DNA from: Candidatus Lloydbacteria bacterium RIFCSPHIGHO2_02_FULL_50_18
Lineage (GTDB): Bacteria > Patescibacteriota > Minisyncoccia > Phycocordibacterales > UBA6899
Assembly (NCBI GenBank): GCA_001821395.1
Contig: MHLM01000001.1
Coordinates: 32,001-96,000, forward strand
DNA length: 64,000 nt
Direction of reading: 5' to 3'
Both the position numbers and the translations under genes were made by a program. Below are positions 1-10,447 of the stretch, one piece after another (position 1 is the stretch's first letter; every line of letters begins with the position of its first letter). The notes under the pieces are model-generated. The model did no database searches, had not been told where the DNA came from, and worked only from the letters and a program-made list of their open reading frames with translations.

Positions 1-384
1 ATCGTGGATGCGAAGATCGAGGAGGAATTGGGTGCGTTTGAAGGCGAAGAAAAGAAACTCTTCGCAACGGAGCTTGGGGTGAAGGGGGATGGTGTTGACG
101 AGCTTATCGTTGCGGCATACAAGCTGCTCGGTCTGATGACCTATCTCACGACAGGAGAGGATGAAACACGAGCATGGACGATTGTAGCCGGTTCGACTGC
201 GCCCGTCGCAGGAATGGCCATTCACACTGATTTCAAGGAGAAATTCATCCGTGCCGAAGTAATCAATTGGAAAGAACTTCTTGATTCAGGCTCATATGCC
301 GGTGCGCGTGAAAAGGGGCTTGTAAAAACAGTGGGGAAGGATTACATCGTGAATGACGGAGATGTCATCGAGTTTAAGATCTAA
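1..384 (+). CDS. ychF: Ribosome-binding ATPase YchF, C-terminal part (5' end lies outside the window)
   Basis: The ORF is open from the window edge. It ends in a TGS-domain C-terminus (…DGDVIEFKI) typical of YchF/Obg-family proteins. Confidence 0.75.
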   Translation: MVDAKIEEELGAFEGEEKKLFATELGVKGDGVDELIVAAYKLLGLMTYLTTGEDETRAWTIVAGSTAPVAGMAIHTDFKEKFIRAEVINWKELLDSGSYAGAREKGLVKTVGKDYIVNDGDVIEFKI

Positions 385-399
385 AAATTTCATTGCGGC

Positions 400-437
400 A
401 AAAAAATAACCCACGCTGTTGGCGTGGGTTGATTTTG
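400..437. terminator. Bidirectional rho-independent terminator between ychF (+) and the small minus-strand gene
   Basis: A GC hairpin (aacccacgc-tgttg-gcgtgggtt, 408-430) is flanked by an A-run on one side and a T-rich tract on the other. Confidence 0.7.
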
Positions 438-445
438 CGATTCGA

Positions 446-697
446 TCATTTGTCGGATGAATGATTGTCGTCGGCACAGTCCTGGCAGATAGCCCCCGAG
501 GTGAGATAGTTGGTCTTGCTATTGCAGGCGGTGCAAATTTTGTCCGGTTTGGGCGATCCCACTACGCTCATTGCCTTTTTTAGTGCACGGATTGGATTGA
601 TCCGTAACGCGACGAGCGCGAGCCCGATAACGAGCAGCGGCACGAACGCCGCGAGATTTTCCAGTGTCATGGCAGATCCTTTAAAAGTAACGAACAA
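446..697 (-). CDS. Small membrane-anchored zinc-ribbon protein (hypothetical)
   Basis: An 83-aa ORF with one N-terminal TM helix and a C-terminal CxxC…CxxC motif. A terminator lies downstream. No recognisable family. Confidence 0.4.
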   Translation of the reverse strand: MFVTFKGSAMTLENLAAFVPLLVIGLALVALRINPIRALKKAMSVVGSPKPDKICTACNSKTNYLTSGAICQDCADDNHSSDK

Positions 698-775
698 TTA
701 CAGCCTCCATTATATCACGATATCTTATTTATGTAAAGTACCATTGCCGAATAGGCCCCCCGTGGCTTATCATGT

Positions 776-3265
776 ATGTCTATGCGTGAGTATGATCATA
801 AAAAAATTGAGGAGAAATGGCGAAAAGAATGGAAGCAGTCACGTCTGTACCGGACAGAAGACGGGGGGGGCAAGCCGAAGTGTTATGTACTCGATGAATT
901 TCCTTATCCATCGGGAGAGGGTCTGCATACCGGGCACACGCGTATTTACACTGCGAGCGATATTTATGCGCGCATGAAGCGTATGCAGGGTTTTAACGTC
1001 CTGCATCCGAGTGGCTGGGATGCCTTCGGACTTCCTGCTGAACAATATGCGATCAAGAACAAGATCCATCCGTCGATCTCGGTGAAGAAGAATACTGAGC
1101 GATATAAAGAGCAAATGGATCGCGTTGGTCTGTCGTATGATTGGGATCGTGAGATCAATACCTCCGAACCGGAATTCTATCGTTGGACACAATGGATATT
1201 CTTGAAGCTTTATGAGAAAGGGCTTGCATTCGAATCGTTCGAGCCGATCAATTGGTGTCCATCGTGTCAAACAGGATTAGCCAATGAGGACCTTGAGGCC
1301 GGACTGTGTGAGCGGTGCGGTACTGCTATTGAGAAAAAGCCGATGCGGCAGTGGATCCTCAAGATCACCGACTATGCCGAACGATTACTGAATGACCTCA
1401 ATACGCTTGATTGGCCCGAGTCGATGAAGGATGCGCAGCGCAATTGGATCGGGAAAAGCGAGGGTGCCTTGATCCATTTCCGTATCAACAACTTCGACGG
1501 CCACGTGATGGTCTTCACGACTCGCCCCGACACCCTCTGTGGTGCGACATATCTTGTGGTTTCACCCGAGCACGCGCTCGTTGATGCGCTTTCCCCGCTC
1601 ATCACCAACATGAAAGATGTCATAGCGTATCGCACATTCACCGCTCAGAAAACGGAGATCGACCGCACTGCTGATGGAAAGGAGAAGACGGGGGTGCAGC
1701 TGCTTGGGGTCACTGCGATCAACCCCGCCACCAACGAAGAGATGCCGGTATTCATCGCGGATTATGTGCTTGGCCATGTCGGTGTCGGAGCGATCATGGC
1801 CGTCCCGGCGCACGACACACGTGATTATGATTTTGCAAAAAAGTTTGATCTTCCCATAAAGGCGGTCATATGGAACGGAGATACTGCCACTAAAGAGGTG
1901 GTTGCCGCATTGAAGGCAGGTCACACCTCTGTTGCTATTGAAAGTGTGATTCATGCTTATGAAGACGGGATCAAACAGCATGGTCCGTACATGGGGAGCG
2001 GGCTCCTCATCAATTCAGGCGAGTATAACGGGATGAATTCTGTTGACGTAAAAATGCGGATCATTGCTGATGTGGGTGGGCGACCAAAGGTCACGTACAA
2101 ACTTCGGGATTGGGTATTTTCTCGTCAGCGTTATTGGGGGGATCCGATACCGCTTATTCACTGTAAAAAGTGTGGTGTCGTTCCTGTTCCGGAAAATATG
2201 CTGCCGGTTCTTCTTCCAAATGTTACGTCGTATGCTCCAACTGATACCGGCGAATCTCCGCTCGCAGAGATAGCTGAGTGGGTGAATACTGTCTGTCCGA
2301 AATGCGAGGGCCCCGGAAAACGGGAGACCAATACTATGCCGCAATGGGCAGGTTCTTCTTGGTATTATTTGCGTTTTATGGATCCGCATAATACAGAAAG
2401 TCTTGTCAGTCCGGAAAAGGAAAAATACTGGGCGCCTGTTGATATATATGTTGGAGGTGCGGAGCATGTCACGAGACATCTCATTTATGCACGATTTTGG
2501 CATAAATTCCTTTTTGATATCGGCGTGGTTTCGACGAGTGAGCCATTCAAGCGACGATGTGGCGTCGGATTGGTGCTTGGAGAAGGAGGAGTAAAGATGA
2601 GCAAGCGACTCGGTAACGTGATCAATCCTGATGACGTGGTCGAGCGTTTTGGGGCGGACACGTTGCGGATCTACGAAATGTTCATGGGTCCGTTTGGGCA
2701 GGCTATTCCGTGGTCAACCGAAAATCTTATCGGTGCGCGGCGTTTTGTCGAGCGCATTTGGCGATTGCAGGAAAAGCGCAGTGATGTTGCGGTTGAAGAT
2801 AAGGCCACCCTAATCCTGCGTCATCAGACGATCAAGAAGGTTACCGCAGATATTGAAGATTTTGCGTTCAATACCGCGATCTCCCAATTGATGATCTACG
2901 CGAACCATCTCGAAAAACTTTCTTCGATCAATTCGGACACATTCAAGGAATTTGTTGTGCTATTAGCACCTTTCGCTCCTTACGTAGCTGAGGAGATTTG
3001 GCATACACTCGGGGAGTCAGACTCAGTCCACAAAGAATTGTGGCCCATCTTTGATGAAACAAAGACGCTCTCGGAGGCACTCGCTATAGCGGTTCAGGTC
3101 AATGGAAAACTGCGGGATACATTTTCCATCGCCCGAGGAGCGGGAGAGGATGAGATTGTTGCATTAGCCGGGCGGCGTGAGGGAGTACTCAAGTGGCTGG
3201 AAGGGAAAGAGATAAAAAAAGTCATATACGTGAAGGACAAACTTGTGAACATCGTACTTGGCTGA
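776..3265 (+). CDS. leuS: Leucyl-tRNA synthetase
   Basis: 829 aa with a class I HIGH-region (HTGHTRIY) and a KMSKRLGN motif. The N-terminus (YDHKKIEEKW) matches LeuS. Confidence 0.95.
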   Translation: MSMREYDHKKIEEKWRKEWKQSRLYRTEDGGGKPKCYVLDEFPYPSGEGLHTGHTRIYTASDIYARMKRMQGFNVLHPSGWDAFGLPAEQYAIKNKIHPSISVKKNTERYKEQMDRVGLSYDWDREINTSEPEFYRWTQWIFLKLYEKGLAFESFEPINWCPSCQTGLANEDLEAGLCERCGTAIEKKPMRQWILKITDYAERLLNDLNTLDWPESMKDAQRNWIGKSEGALIHFRINNFDGHVMVFTTRPDTLCGATYLVVSPEHALVDALSPLITNMKDVIAYRTFTAQKTEIDRTADGKEKTGVQLLGVTAINPATNEEMPVFIADYVLGHVGVGAIMAVPAHDTRDYDFAKKFDLPIKAVIWNGDTATKEVVAALKAGHTSVAIESVIHAYEDGIKQHGPYMGSGLLINSGEYNGMNSVDVKMRIIADVGGRPKVTYKLRDWVFSRQRYWGDPIPLIHCKKCGVVPVPENMLPVLLPNVTSYAPTDTGESPLAEIAEWVNTVCPKCEGPGKRETNTMPQWAGSSWYYLRFMDPHNTESLVSPEKEKYWAPVDIYVGGAEHVTRHLIYARFWHKFLFDIGVVSTSEPFKRRCGVGLVLGEGGVKMSKRLGNVINPDDVVERFGADTLRIYEMFMGPFGQAIPWSTENLIGARRFVERIWRLQEKRSDVAVEDKATLILRHQTIKKVTADIEDFAFNTAISQLMIYANHLEKLSSINSDTFKEFVVLLAPFAPYVAEEIWHTLGESDSVHKELWPIFDETKTLSEALAIAVQVNGKLRDTFSIARGAGEDEIVALAGRREGVLKWLEGKEIKKVIYVKDKLVNIVLG

Positions 3266-3449
3266 AAAGATTCGATACAGAACACCGAAAGTAAGCCAAT
3301 GGGCTTGAGTGATTAGGATGGGCACACGGTGCGCAGCTACCCCTTGACAAGAATCTTTGGGGTGCTAAAACTATAAACAACCGAGTATTGGAACGAAACT
3401 GTCAATACCGAAGAAGTCATTATTTTTTGTTTCATTTATTTTTTATTTT

Positions 3450-4484
3450 ATGGGCAACGTCAGCATATCGTTCAAACCAAAAGTGGTCACAAAGCATTTC
3501 CTCGGAGTGTTGCCTCGCCGTGCCCAGGACGTTATCACCAAACGCTACGGTCTTGGTGCTGAAACAAAGAAAATGACACTCGAATCTATCGGTGAGAATT
3601 ACGGCATCACTCGTGAGCGTGTTCGTCAGATCGAAAATTTTGCATTGACGACGATCCGTAAATCCGACGCATTTAAGGAGGAGATGCCAACCTTCGATGA
3701 ATTGCGCAAAACCATGCTTTCAATGGGCTCCATCGTTCCCGAATCTGATTTTTTGGCGAGCGTGTCGAGTGATAAGTCAAATCAAAATCATATTCATTTC
3801 CTCCTGGTCTTGGGTGAACTTTTCACGAAACACAAGGAAGATGATGATTTCTCTCATCGCTGGAGCACAGACCCTGAGACTGCGGTCAAGGTTCATGATT
3901 CGTTGCGCAAGCTTTATGCTTCTCTTTCTGACGATGATCTTATCGAAGAATCAAAGATGATTGAGCGTTTCTTGAGCCATCTTAAGGAGGTTTCAGAAGA
4001 GTACAAGAACGAAGAGATATTGCGCCGTTGGCTCTCGCTGTCAAAGAAGATGGGCAAGAACCCGCTTGGTGAATGGGGTATGGCTTCATCGCCGAATGTT
4101 TCGGCGCGCGGAGTTCGCGATTACGCATTTCTGGTGTTACGAAAAAATGGTTCACCGATGCATTTCACTGAAGTGGCAAAAGCGATCGGTGCGCACTTTG
4201 ATAAGCAGGCACACATCGCAACGACACACAACGAACTAATCAAAGATAAGCGTTTCGTGCTTGTCGGGCGTGGACTCTATGCACTCTCTGAGTGGGGATA
4301 CTCGACCGGTGTTGTCCGTGATGTGATCGGTGAGATCATCAAGAAGAGCGGTCCGCTCACTCGCGAAGAGGTTGTCGACAAAGTGATGCGCGAACGTTAT
4401 GTGAAGCCCAACACCATTCTCGTGAATCTGCAGAATCCGAAATATTTCAAAAAGAATAAAGAAGGGAAGTACTCGCTTGTGTAG
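3450..4484 (+). CDS. Sigma-70 region-4 HTH domain protein with a C-terminal HARE-HTH-like winged helix
   Basis: The N-terminus (TLESIGENYGITRERVRQIENFAL) matches sigma-70 region 4. The C-terminus (FTEVAKAIGAHFD…GRGLYALSEWGY) looks like a HARE-HTH. No sigma region 2 is present. Confidence 0.65.
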   Translation: MGNVSISFKPKVVTKHFLGVLPRRAQDVITKRYGLGAETKKMTLESIGENYGITRERVRQIENFALTTIRKSDAFKEEMPTFDELRKTMLSMGSIVPESDFLASVSSDKSNQNHIHFLLVLGELFTKHKEDDDFSHRWSTDPETAVKVHDSLRKLYASLSDDDLIEESKMIERFLSHLKEVSEEYKNEEILRRWLSLSKKMGKNPLGEWGMASSPNVSARGVRDYAFLVLRKNGSPMHFTEVAKAIGAHFDKQAHIATTHNELIKDKRFVLVGRGLYALSEWGYSTGVVRDVIGEIIKKSGPLTREEVVDKVMRERYVKPNTILVNLQNPKYFKKNKEGKYSLV

Positions 4485-4490
4485 TCTAAA

Positions 4491-4516
4491 TGCCGTCCGA
4501 ATGGACGGCATTTTCG
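4491..4516 (+). terminator. Rho-independent terminator
   Basis: Hairpin tgccgtcc-gaat-ggacggca followed by ttttcg. Confidence 0.7.
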
Positions 4517-4552
4517 TTCCACAAATAGCAGATTTACGATATACTCAGTCTT

Positions 4553-5779
4553 ATGTTTGATGTGATGAGCGCGTTTTTCGATAAGCCTTTTTTCCATCTC
4601 TTGGGGCAGATGTATGACATTGCTGCAGTTTTGGCATTCATATGGGGGCCGCTCGTTGCTGTTTGGCTCGCGCAAAAACTTTGGCTTGATTATGTTCGAC
4701 TGGATTTCATTCGAAAGAATTACGAATTCATTCTTCTTGAGATCAAGCTGCCGCGTACGATCGACAAAACCCCAATGGCGATGGAACTCGTACTACAGGC
4801 GCTCCATCAGGGTGGTACGTACAATTGGTACGACAAATGGTGGCTCGGAAAAGTAAGACCATGGTTTTCTCTCGAGATCGTTTCGATCGAGGGGGAAGTA
4901 AGGCTCTTGGTGCGCACACCCTCAAAATTCAAAAAATTGATCGAGAGTCATATCTATGCGCAATATCCGGATATTGAGGTCGTTGAGGTGCAGGACTACA
5001 TTTCGCTTGCACCGTATCTTCATGAAAAGAACGAGTGGAGTATGTGGGGCTGTGAGTTTGCGTTGACGAAACCCGACCCTTATCCGATAAAGACCTATGT
5101 TGATTACGGGCTCGATAAGGCCGGAACAAAAGAAGAATTTAAGAGTGATCCGATTACCTCAATGATCGAATTTCTCGGTAGCATTGGACGAGGTCAGCAG
5201 ATCTGGATGCAGATACTCGTACAGGCAAACGGTGATCGATATGCAACGCCGGGAAAATGGTTCAAGAAGCACAATTGGAAAGAGGAGGGGGGGAGACTCA
5301 TCAAGGAGTTGCAGGCAAAATATTCCGGCATCGATGGTGCGAAACCCTCAAAGTCGGAACAGGAAGCGATAGCGGCCATTGAGCGCTCACTGTCAAAGAT
5401 AGGATTCGATTGCGGAATTCGCACTATCTATATTGCGCAGAAGGAACATTTTGACCCATCAAACATTGCGGGGATTACCGGTGCATTTCGACAATATAGT
5501 TCTCCGACCTTGAATGGCTTCAGGCCGAGTAACACTCCCGGATTTAGCTATCCGTGGCAAGATATCAATGAATGGCGGGAATCGAAGCAGAAAAGAAAAT
5601 TATTCGACGCATACGTTCGTCGCTCGTACTTTTACGCTCCATACAAGAAGACGCCGTTCGTGCTCAATGCTGAGGAGCTCGCAACGATCTATCACTTCCC
5701 CGGTGGTGTCGCGGAGACACCGACATTCTCGCGCGTCGAATCAAGAAAGGGTGAACCCCCGTCTAATCTCCCTATATAA
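4553..5779 (+). CDS. Conserved hypothetical protein with an N-terminal TM segment
   Basis: 408 aa with no recognised domain. A TATACT box lies 7 nt before the ATG, so the transcript is probably leaderless. It is packed 3 bp upstream of mltG. Confidence 0.55.
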   Translation: MFDVMSAFFDKPFFHLLGQMYDIAAVLAFIWGPLVAVWLAQKLWLDYVRLDFIRKNYEFILLEIKLPRTIDKTPMAMELVLQALHQGGTYNWYDKWWLGKVRPWFSLEIVSIEGEVRLLVRTPSKFKKLIESHIYAQYPDIEVVEVQDYISLAPYLHEKNEWSMWGCEFALTKPDPYPIKTYVDYGLDKAGTKEEFKSDPITSMIEFLGSIGRGQQIWMQILVQANGDRYATPGKWFKKHNWKEEGGRLIKELQAKYSGIDGAKPSKSEQEAIAAIERSLSKIGFDCGIRTIYIAQKEHFDPSNIAGITGAFRQYSSPTLNGFRPSNTPGFSYPWQDINEWRESKQKRKLFDAYVRRSYFYAPYKKTPFVLNAEELATIYHFPGGVAETPTFSRVESRKGEPPSNLPI

Positions 5780-5782
5780 TCC

Positions 5783-6814
5783 ATGATCGTAACACTCGAA
5801 AAGAAAGAGGAATTTGAGAATGGCGGAACGGCCATTCTTCCTCATTTGCCGGAAAAACGCACGCATCGGTTGTGGAAGATGGTCGGAGTTTTCATCGTAC
5901 TCCTCTGCGTAATCACCGTTGCTGCTGCTTGGTTCCTTGCTCTTTCACCGAGCGCTGAACGTAAAACGGTCACCGTGGAAATAGCGAGTGGAAGCGGCGT
6001 GAGGGGTATCGCATCCTTGCTTCACGATGAGGGTATCATCCGGTCTCCTCTTTTGTTTACGTTCCTTGCTCGCTATACGAAGGCAGATACGATGCTTGGC
6101 TCGGGAGTCTTTCAGTTTCAAATGCCTATGGATGTGTTTTCAGTGCTGACACAGGTGCGCTTGCATCGCTATGGAATAACGCGCTCGAAAATAACGATCC
6201 CTGAAGGGACACCGCTTTCGATTATGGCCGGGCTGTTTTCAGCATCCTTGCCTAATTTTGATAAGAGTAAGTTCCTTGACGAGACCGAGGGTATGGAGGG
6301 TTATCTATTCCCCGATACCTATTTTTTCTTTGTAAATGCCACCAGTGGACCCGTCATCGCAGTATTGTCGGACAATTTTATAAAAAAAACGGCGGTATTG
6401 AAGAGCGAGGCGGAGATCACTCATGGGAATTGGAATGAGGTGATAGTCATGGCGTCGCTTATCGAAGAGGAGGCGGTTACCGACATGGACCGAAAGATCA
6501 TTTCGGGTATCCTCTGGGCCCGGATCGCTCGAGGAATGAGGCTGCAAGTTGATGCGCCGTTCGTTTATTTTCTTGGAAAAGCTTCTTCCGAGATCACCAT
6601 CGATGATCTTTCTTATGATTCACCTTGGAACACCTATCGTTACAAGGGTCTTCCTCCCACACCCATCAGCAATCCCGGTCTTCTTGCTATCGACGCTGCA
6701 CTCCATCCGACTAAGACAAATTACCTGTTCTATCTGTCCGACAAAGAGGGCGTGATGCATTATGCAAAGACTTTTGAAGAGCACAAGTTGAATAAAGCGA
6801 AGTATCTATATTAA
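5783..6814 (+). CDS. mltG: Endolytic murein transglycosylase MltG/YceG
   Basis: N-terminal TM followed by a YceG-like domain (…DAPFVYFLGK…LPPTPISNPG…). Confidence 0.85.
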   Translation: MIVTLEKKEEFENGGTAILPHLPEKRTHRLWKMVGVFIVLLCVITVAAAWFLALSPSAERKTVTVEIASGSGVRGIASLLHDEGIIRSPLLFTFLARYTKADTMLGSGVFQFQMPMDVFSVLTQVRLHRYGITRSKITIPEGTPLSIMAGLFSASLPNFDKSKFLDETEGMEGYLFPDTYFFFVNATSGPVIAVLSDNFIKKTAVLKSEAEITHGNWNEVIVMASLIEEEAVTDMDRKIISGILWARIARGMRLQVDAPFVYFLGKASSEITIDDLSYDSPWNTYRYKGLPPTPISNPGLLAIDAALHPTKTNYLFYLSDKEGVMHYAKTFEEHKLNKAKYLY

Positions 6815-6824
6815 GATAGGCCAA

Positions 6825-8189
6825 ATGAATATCAACGCAATCACAAAGGCATATTTTATCGGAGTGGGAGGGATTGGTGTTTCCGCGATCGTGAGGCTTT
6901 TTGCGGGCAGGGGAATCATCGTTGCTGGATCGGACGGAACGTTTCCCGGTGCCGGCGCTCTTCCTTCAGGGCAGTATTTCGAGGGAGCAGACAGCAGTCA
7001 TGTTCCGTTTGACGCATCGGTTGTCATCTATTCGCCGGCGGTTCCTCCGACCAATGTTGAACGCATGCGCGCGGAAGAACTGGGGATTCCCACATTGTCA
7101 TATCCTGAGGCATTGGCGCTTGTGACGTCAGGCAGCGATACGATCGCGGTATCGGGAACGCACGGCAAGTCAACCACGACCGCACTGCTTGGAAAACTTT
7201 TTGAAGAAGGCGGCATGGATGCGTCAGTGATCGTTGGTGCGGAGGTTCCCGGCTGGGATCGCAATTATCACAAAGGTCGAGGAGATATGTTCATTGTGGA
7301 GGCATGCGAATACCGAAGGAATATGATGCACCTTTCGCCTCAGGCTATTCTGCTTACGAATCTTGAGCTCGACCACCCTGATTACTATCTTGATCTTGCC
7401 GATGTAAAGAGCGCATTCCGCGACTATATTAAAAAACTTTCCGGGGAAGATCTGCTTATTGTGAATAATGATGATGCAAATATTCGCGACGTGGTAAAAG
7501 GCTCAGATGCGATCATGGTGAGTTTCGGTGTGGGTGGCGGTGCAGATCTTATAGCGAGGAACATAAGAGAAGACGCGGCTGAACAATCATTCGAACTTAT
7601 ATGGAAAGGTACTTCAATAGGTGAGTTCTCAACGCCGCTCCCCGGTCTCTACAACGTCTACAACATTCTTGCAGCGACCGCAGTGTACCTTGCCTATGGA
7701 GGAAGTCGGGATCATATTCAGCCCGTGTTGACGACGTTCGTGGGCGTCGGAAGAAGATTTGAAGTCGTTGGCGAACTTGGTGCTGCTATCATCGTGTCTG
7801 ATTATGCGCACCATCCTACTGCGCTTACGGCGGTCGTTGATGCTGCGCTTTCACGCTACAGAGGAAAGAGTATCCTTACTGTTTTCCGTCCTCACCATCG
7901 CGAGCGTACGATCAAGCTGATGGACGAGTTTGTCGAAACCATGCTCGGTATTCCGCACTGTGTGCTTATCGAGATCTATGATGTCCCCGGGCGTGAAGAA
8001 AATACTCAGGTGAGTTCTCATGACATCATTGACCGCGTCTTCGCGCACGACCCGCAAAAAGATATTGTGTATGCAAAAGACCTTTCCGAAGCGGAAGGGG
8101 TCGTGAGGGGCAAAGCATCCCTGTTTGACGTCATTCTTATCGTCGGTGCGGGAGATGCAGATCAGCTTGCGAAGCGTCTTGTGTCGTAA
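6825..8189 (+). CDS. murC: UDP-N-acetylmuramate--L-alanine ligase
   Basis: Rossmann motif GVGGIGVSAIV and Mur-ligase P-loop GTHGKSTTTA. Confidence 0.9.
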   Translation: MNINAITKAYFIGVGGIGVSAIVRLFAGRGIIVAGSDGTFPGAGALPSGQYFEGADSSHVPFDASVVIYSPAVPPTNVERMRAEELGIPTLSYPEALALVTSGSDTIAVSGTHGKSTTTALLGKLFEEGGMDASVIVGAEVPGWDRNYHKGRGDMFIVEACEYRRNMMHLSPQAILLTNLELDHPDYYLDLADVKSAFRDYIKKLSGEDLLIVNNDDANIRDVVKGSDAIMVSFGVGGGADLIARNIREDAAEQSFELIWKGTSIGEFSTPLPGLYNVYNILAATAVYLAYGGSRDHIQPVLTTFVGVGRRFEVVGELGAAIIVSDYAHHPTALTAVVDAALSRYRGKSILTVFRPHHRERTIKLMDEFVETMLGIPHCVLIEIYDVPGREENTQVSSHDIIDRVFAHDPQKDIVYAKDLSEAEGVVRGKASLFDVILIVGAGDADQLAKRLVS

Positions 8190-8207
8190 ATTCAGCTATT
8201 ACCTTGT

Positions 8208-8765
8208 ATGAAAAATGATCGTCTTGCATTTGTTGACCTTGAAATGACCGGGCTTGATCCGTTCCGCCATGAGATCATAGAGATCGGGATCATACTCGCA
8301 AAACAAAAGCAGGGGGAGGACGGAAGGCGGACATTAGAACTGATATCCGAACACAATATTCAGCTCATTCCGCTCTATATTGAACATGCCGACCCAAAGG
8401 GGCTTGAGGTGAACAAGTATCACTCGCGCGATTGGAGCCTTGCCGTTCCGCAAAAGGATGGACTGTCGCACGCTGCCGAACTCCTGGACGGTACGGTCTT
8501 CGTTGCGCAGAACGTCGCGCTCGATTGGGCATTCTTGCATTATGCGGGCGATAAGGTTGGTATCAATTTTGATAAGCTCGTACATTATCACAAGCTCGAT
8601 CTTGCTTCTATGGCATTTGGAAAATTGTACCATGACCCAAAGCTCTTTAAATTCAGCCTGCGTGAAATGACGGAATATTTTCACGTAGTCAATCAAGACG
8701 CACACACGGCGCTCGCCGATGCGCGAGCAACGTTCGAAGTGTGTAAAAAATTGCTTGCACAATGA
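8208..8765 (+). CDS. DEDDh 3'-5' exonuclease (DnaQ/epsilon-like)
   Basis: Exo I motif FVDLEMTGLDP and a C-terminal H-x4-D (HTALADARAT). Confidence 0.8.
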   Translation: MKNDRLAFVDLEMTGLDPFRHEIIEIGIILAKQKQGEDGRRTLELISEHNIQLIPLYIEHADPKGLEVNKYHSRDWSLAVPQKDGLSHAAELLDGTVFVAQNVALDWAFLHYAGDKVGINFDKLVHYHKLDLASMAFGKLYHDPKLFKFSLREMTEYFHVVNQDAHTALADARATFEVCKKLLAQ

Positions 8766-8833
8766 TCTCACCACGGTTCGCTCCCGCCGAACGTTATACT
8801 TGAACGACACGCACGGTATGTTACTGTATCGTT

Positions 8834-9922
8834 ATGGCGCAGAAGATCCGAAAAGTCTTTGTGGGGATGAGCGGAGGAGTTGATTCCTCTGTGTCTGCTG
8901 CTCTGCTGCAAAGAGAAGGTTACGAGGTCGTTGGTGTTTTTATCAAGGTATGGCAAGCGGATTTTTTGCCGTGCACATGGAGAGAAGAGCGGCGTGATGC
9001 GATGCGCGCAGCCGCGCACCTTGGTATACCTTTGCTGACACTTGATTTGGAAAAGGAATACAAAGAGGGAGTTGTTGATTACATGATAAGGGAATACGGG
9101 GAGGGTCGTGTTCCTAATCCCGACGTCATGTGTAACAAACATGTGAAGTTCGGAGCATTTCTTGATTTTGCAAAAAAGAACGGCGCAGATGCTGTTGCGA
9201 CCGGACATTACGCTCGTGTAGAGCAAGACGACGTTGGGATGTTCCGCTTGTATAAGGGGGTTGACCAAGAAAAAGATCAATCATATTTCTTATGGACGCT
9301 CGATCAGGAGCAGCTTGCTCATGTCTTGTTTCCCATAGGGCATTTGGAGAAAAGTGAAGTACGACGACGAGCTCGAGAATTCGGTCTCTTGAATGCGCAA
9401 AAGAAAGATAGTCAGGGCCTCTGTTTTATGGGTACGATCGATATGAAGGATTTTCTCAAGCACTACCTGCATGCCGCTTCCGGTGCGGTTCTCGATACGA
9501 ACGGCGAGATCATCGGTACGCATGAAGGTGCGATGCTGTACACGATCGGGCAACGGCATGGATTTTTTACGACGAAACAGAGTGCGCATGAGTCGCCGTT
9601 ATTTGTTGTGGAGAAAGACATACAAAAAAACACCATCACTGTTGCTGCTGAGATGAACGTCGACTCAACACCGAATCATAGAGGCATCATACTATTGAAA
9701 GATCATAATTGGATCCCTGTTTCTCCCGACGTAGGGACACAAGTCGCTTGCGTTGCGCGTATTCGCTACAGAGGGGCGCTTCAACCCGCGGTCGTTCAAC
9801 GGGTCTCTATCGATCGGGTTTCGGTCACTCTATCGGTAAACGATGAATTTATCGCTGCGGGTCAGTCGATGGTATTTTACGAGGAGGATAGGTGTTTGGG
9901 AGGAGGGGTCATTGAGCGGTAG
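8834..9922 (+). CDS. mnmA: tRNA-specific 2-thiouridylase
   Basis: PP-loop VGMSGGVDSSV and MnmA-like central and C-terminal regions. Confidence 0.9.
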   Translation: MAQKIRKVFVGMSGGVDSSVSAALLQREGYEVVGVFIKVWQADFLPCTWREERRDAMRAAAHLGIPLLTLDLEKEYKEGVVDYMIREYGEGRVPNPDVMCNKHVKFGAFLDFAKKNGADAVATGHYARVEQDDVGMFRLYKGVDQEKDQSYFLWTLDQEQLAHVLFPIGHLEKSEVRRRAREFGLLNAQKKDSQGLCFMGTIDMKDFLKHYLHAASGAVLDTNGEIIGTHEGAMLYTIGQRHGFFTTKQSAHESPLFVVEKDIQKNTITVAAEMNVDSTPNHRGIILLKDHNWIPVSPDVGTQVACVARIRYRGALQPAVVQRVSIDRVSVTLSVNDEFIAAGQSMVFYEEDRCLGGGVIER

Positions 9923-9962
9923 GTTCTTGCGGAAGAGGTTGCGCGTGCGGTATCATTCACCA

Positions 9963-10442
9963 ATGAACAGAACAAATATTGCTCTTTTTGCATTGCTCGG
10001 GCTTATTTTTTGCTTTGCATTTTTGATTATCAGCGATCGCGATGTGCGATCTGAAGGAGGGCAGGCGGACGATAATTTAATAGTAGCTACTGATACAACA
10101 AATATGAACACAGCGATCGAGGGATTACAGATAGACATTCTTACTCCGGGTACCGGAGCCGGAGCGGAAAGCGGGCAGACGCTGATCGTTGATTATACCG
10201 GTATGTTGACCGATGGAACTATATTTGATTCAAGTATTCCTCGGGGGCAACCGTTCCCCGTGAATCTCGGCAGAGGTGAAGTGATCAGGGGCTGGGATCT
10301 TGGTCTTGTTGGTATGAAGGTCGGTGAAAAGCGGAAACTCACCATTTCTTCCGAGCTTGCGTACGGAAAAGAAGGATTTTCCGGGGTGATACCTCCGAAT
10401 GCAACACTCGTTTTCGAAATTACACTAAAAGCGATACAATAG
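9963..10442 (+). CDS. FKBP-type peptidyl-prolyl cis-trans isomerase, membrane-anchored
   Basis: Signal/TM anchor followed by an FKBP domain (DYTGMLTDGTIFDSS…GWDLGLVGMKVGEKRKL…ATLVFEI). The ATG at 9963 was chosen over the overlapping upstream alternative start. Confidence 0.8.
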   Translation: MNRTNIALFALLGLIFCFAFLIISDRDVRSEGGQADDNLIVATDTTNMNTAIEGLQIDILTPGTGAGAESGQTLIVDYTGMLTDGTIFDSSIPRGQPFPVNLGRGEVIRGWDLGLVGMKVGEKRKLTISSELAYGKEGFSGVIPPNATLVFEITLKAIQ

Positions 10443-10447
10443 GGCAT

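Noticed and set aside
510-1270. ORFs 510-977 (+) and 839-1270 (-) overlapping the leuS 5' region
   Set aside because: They overlap a confidently assigned LeuS reading frame or the small minus-strand gene. Their translations have no features.
3343-3378. Promoter TTGACA-(15)-TAAAAC after leuS
   Set aside because: The spacer is too short for the -10 candidate, and alternative pairings are poor. It is left unannotated.
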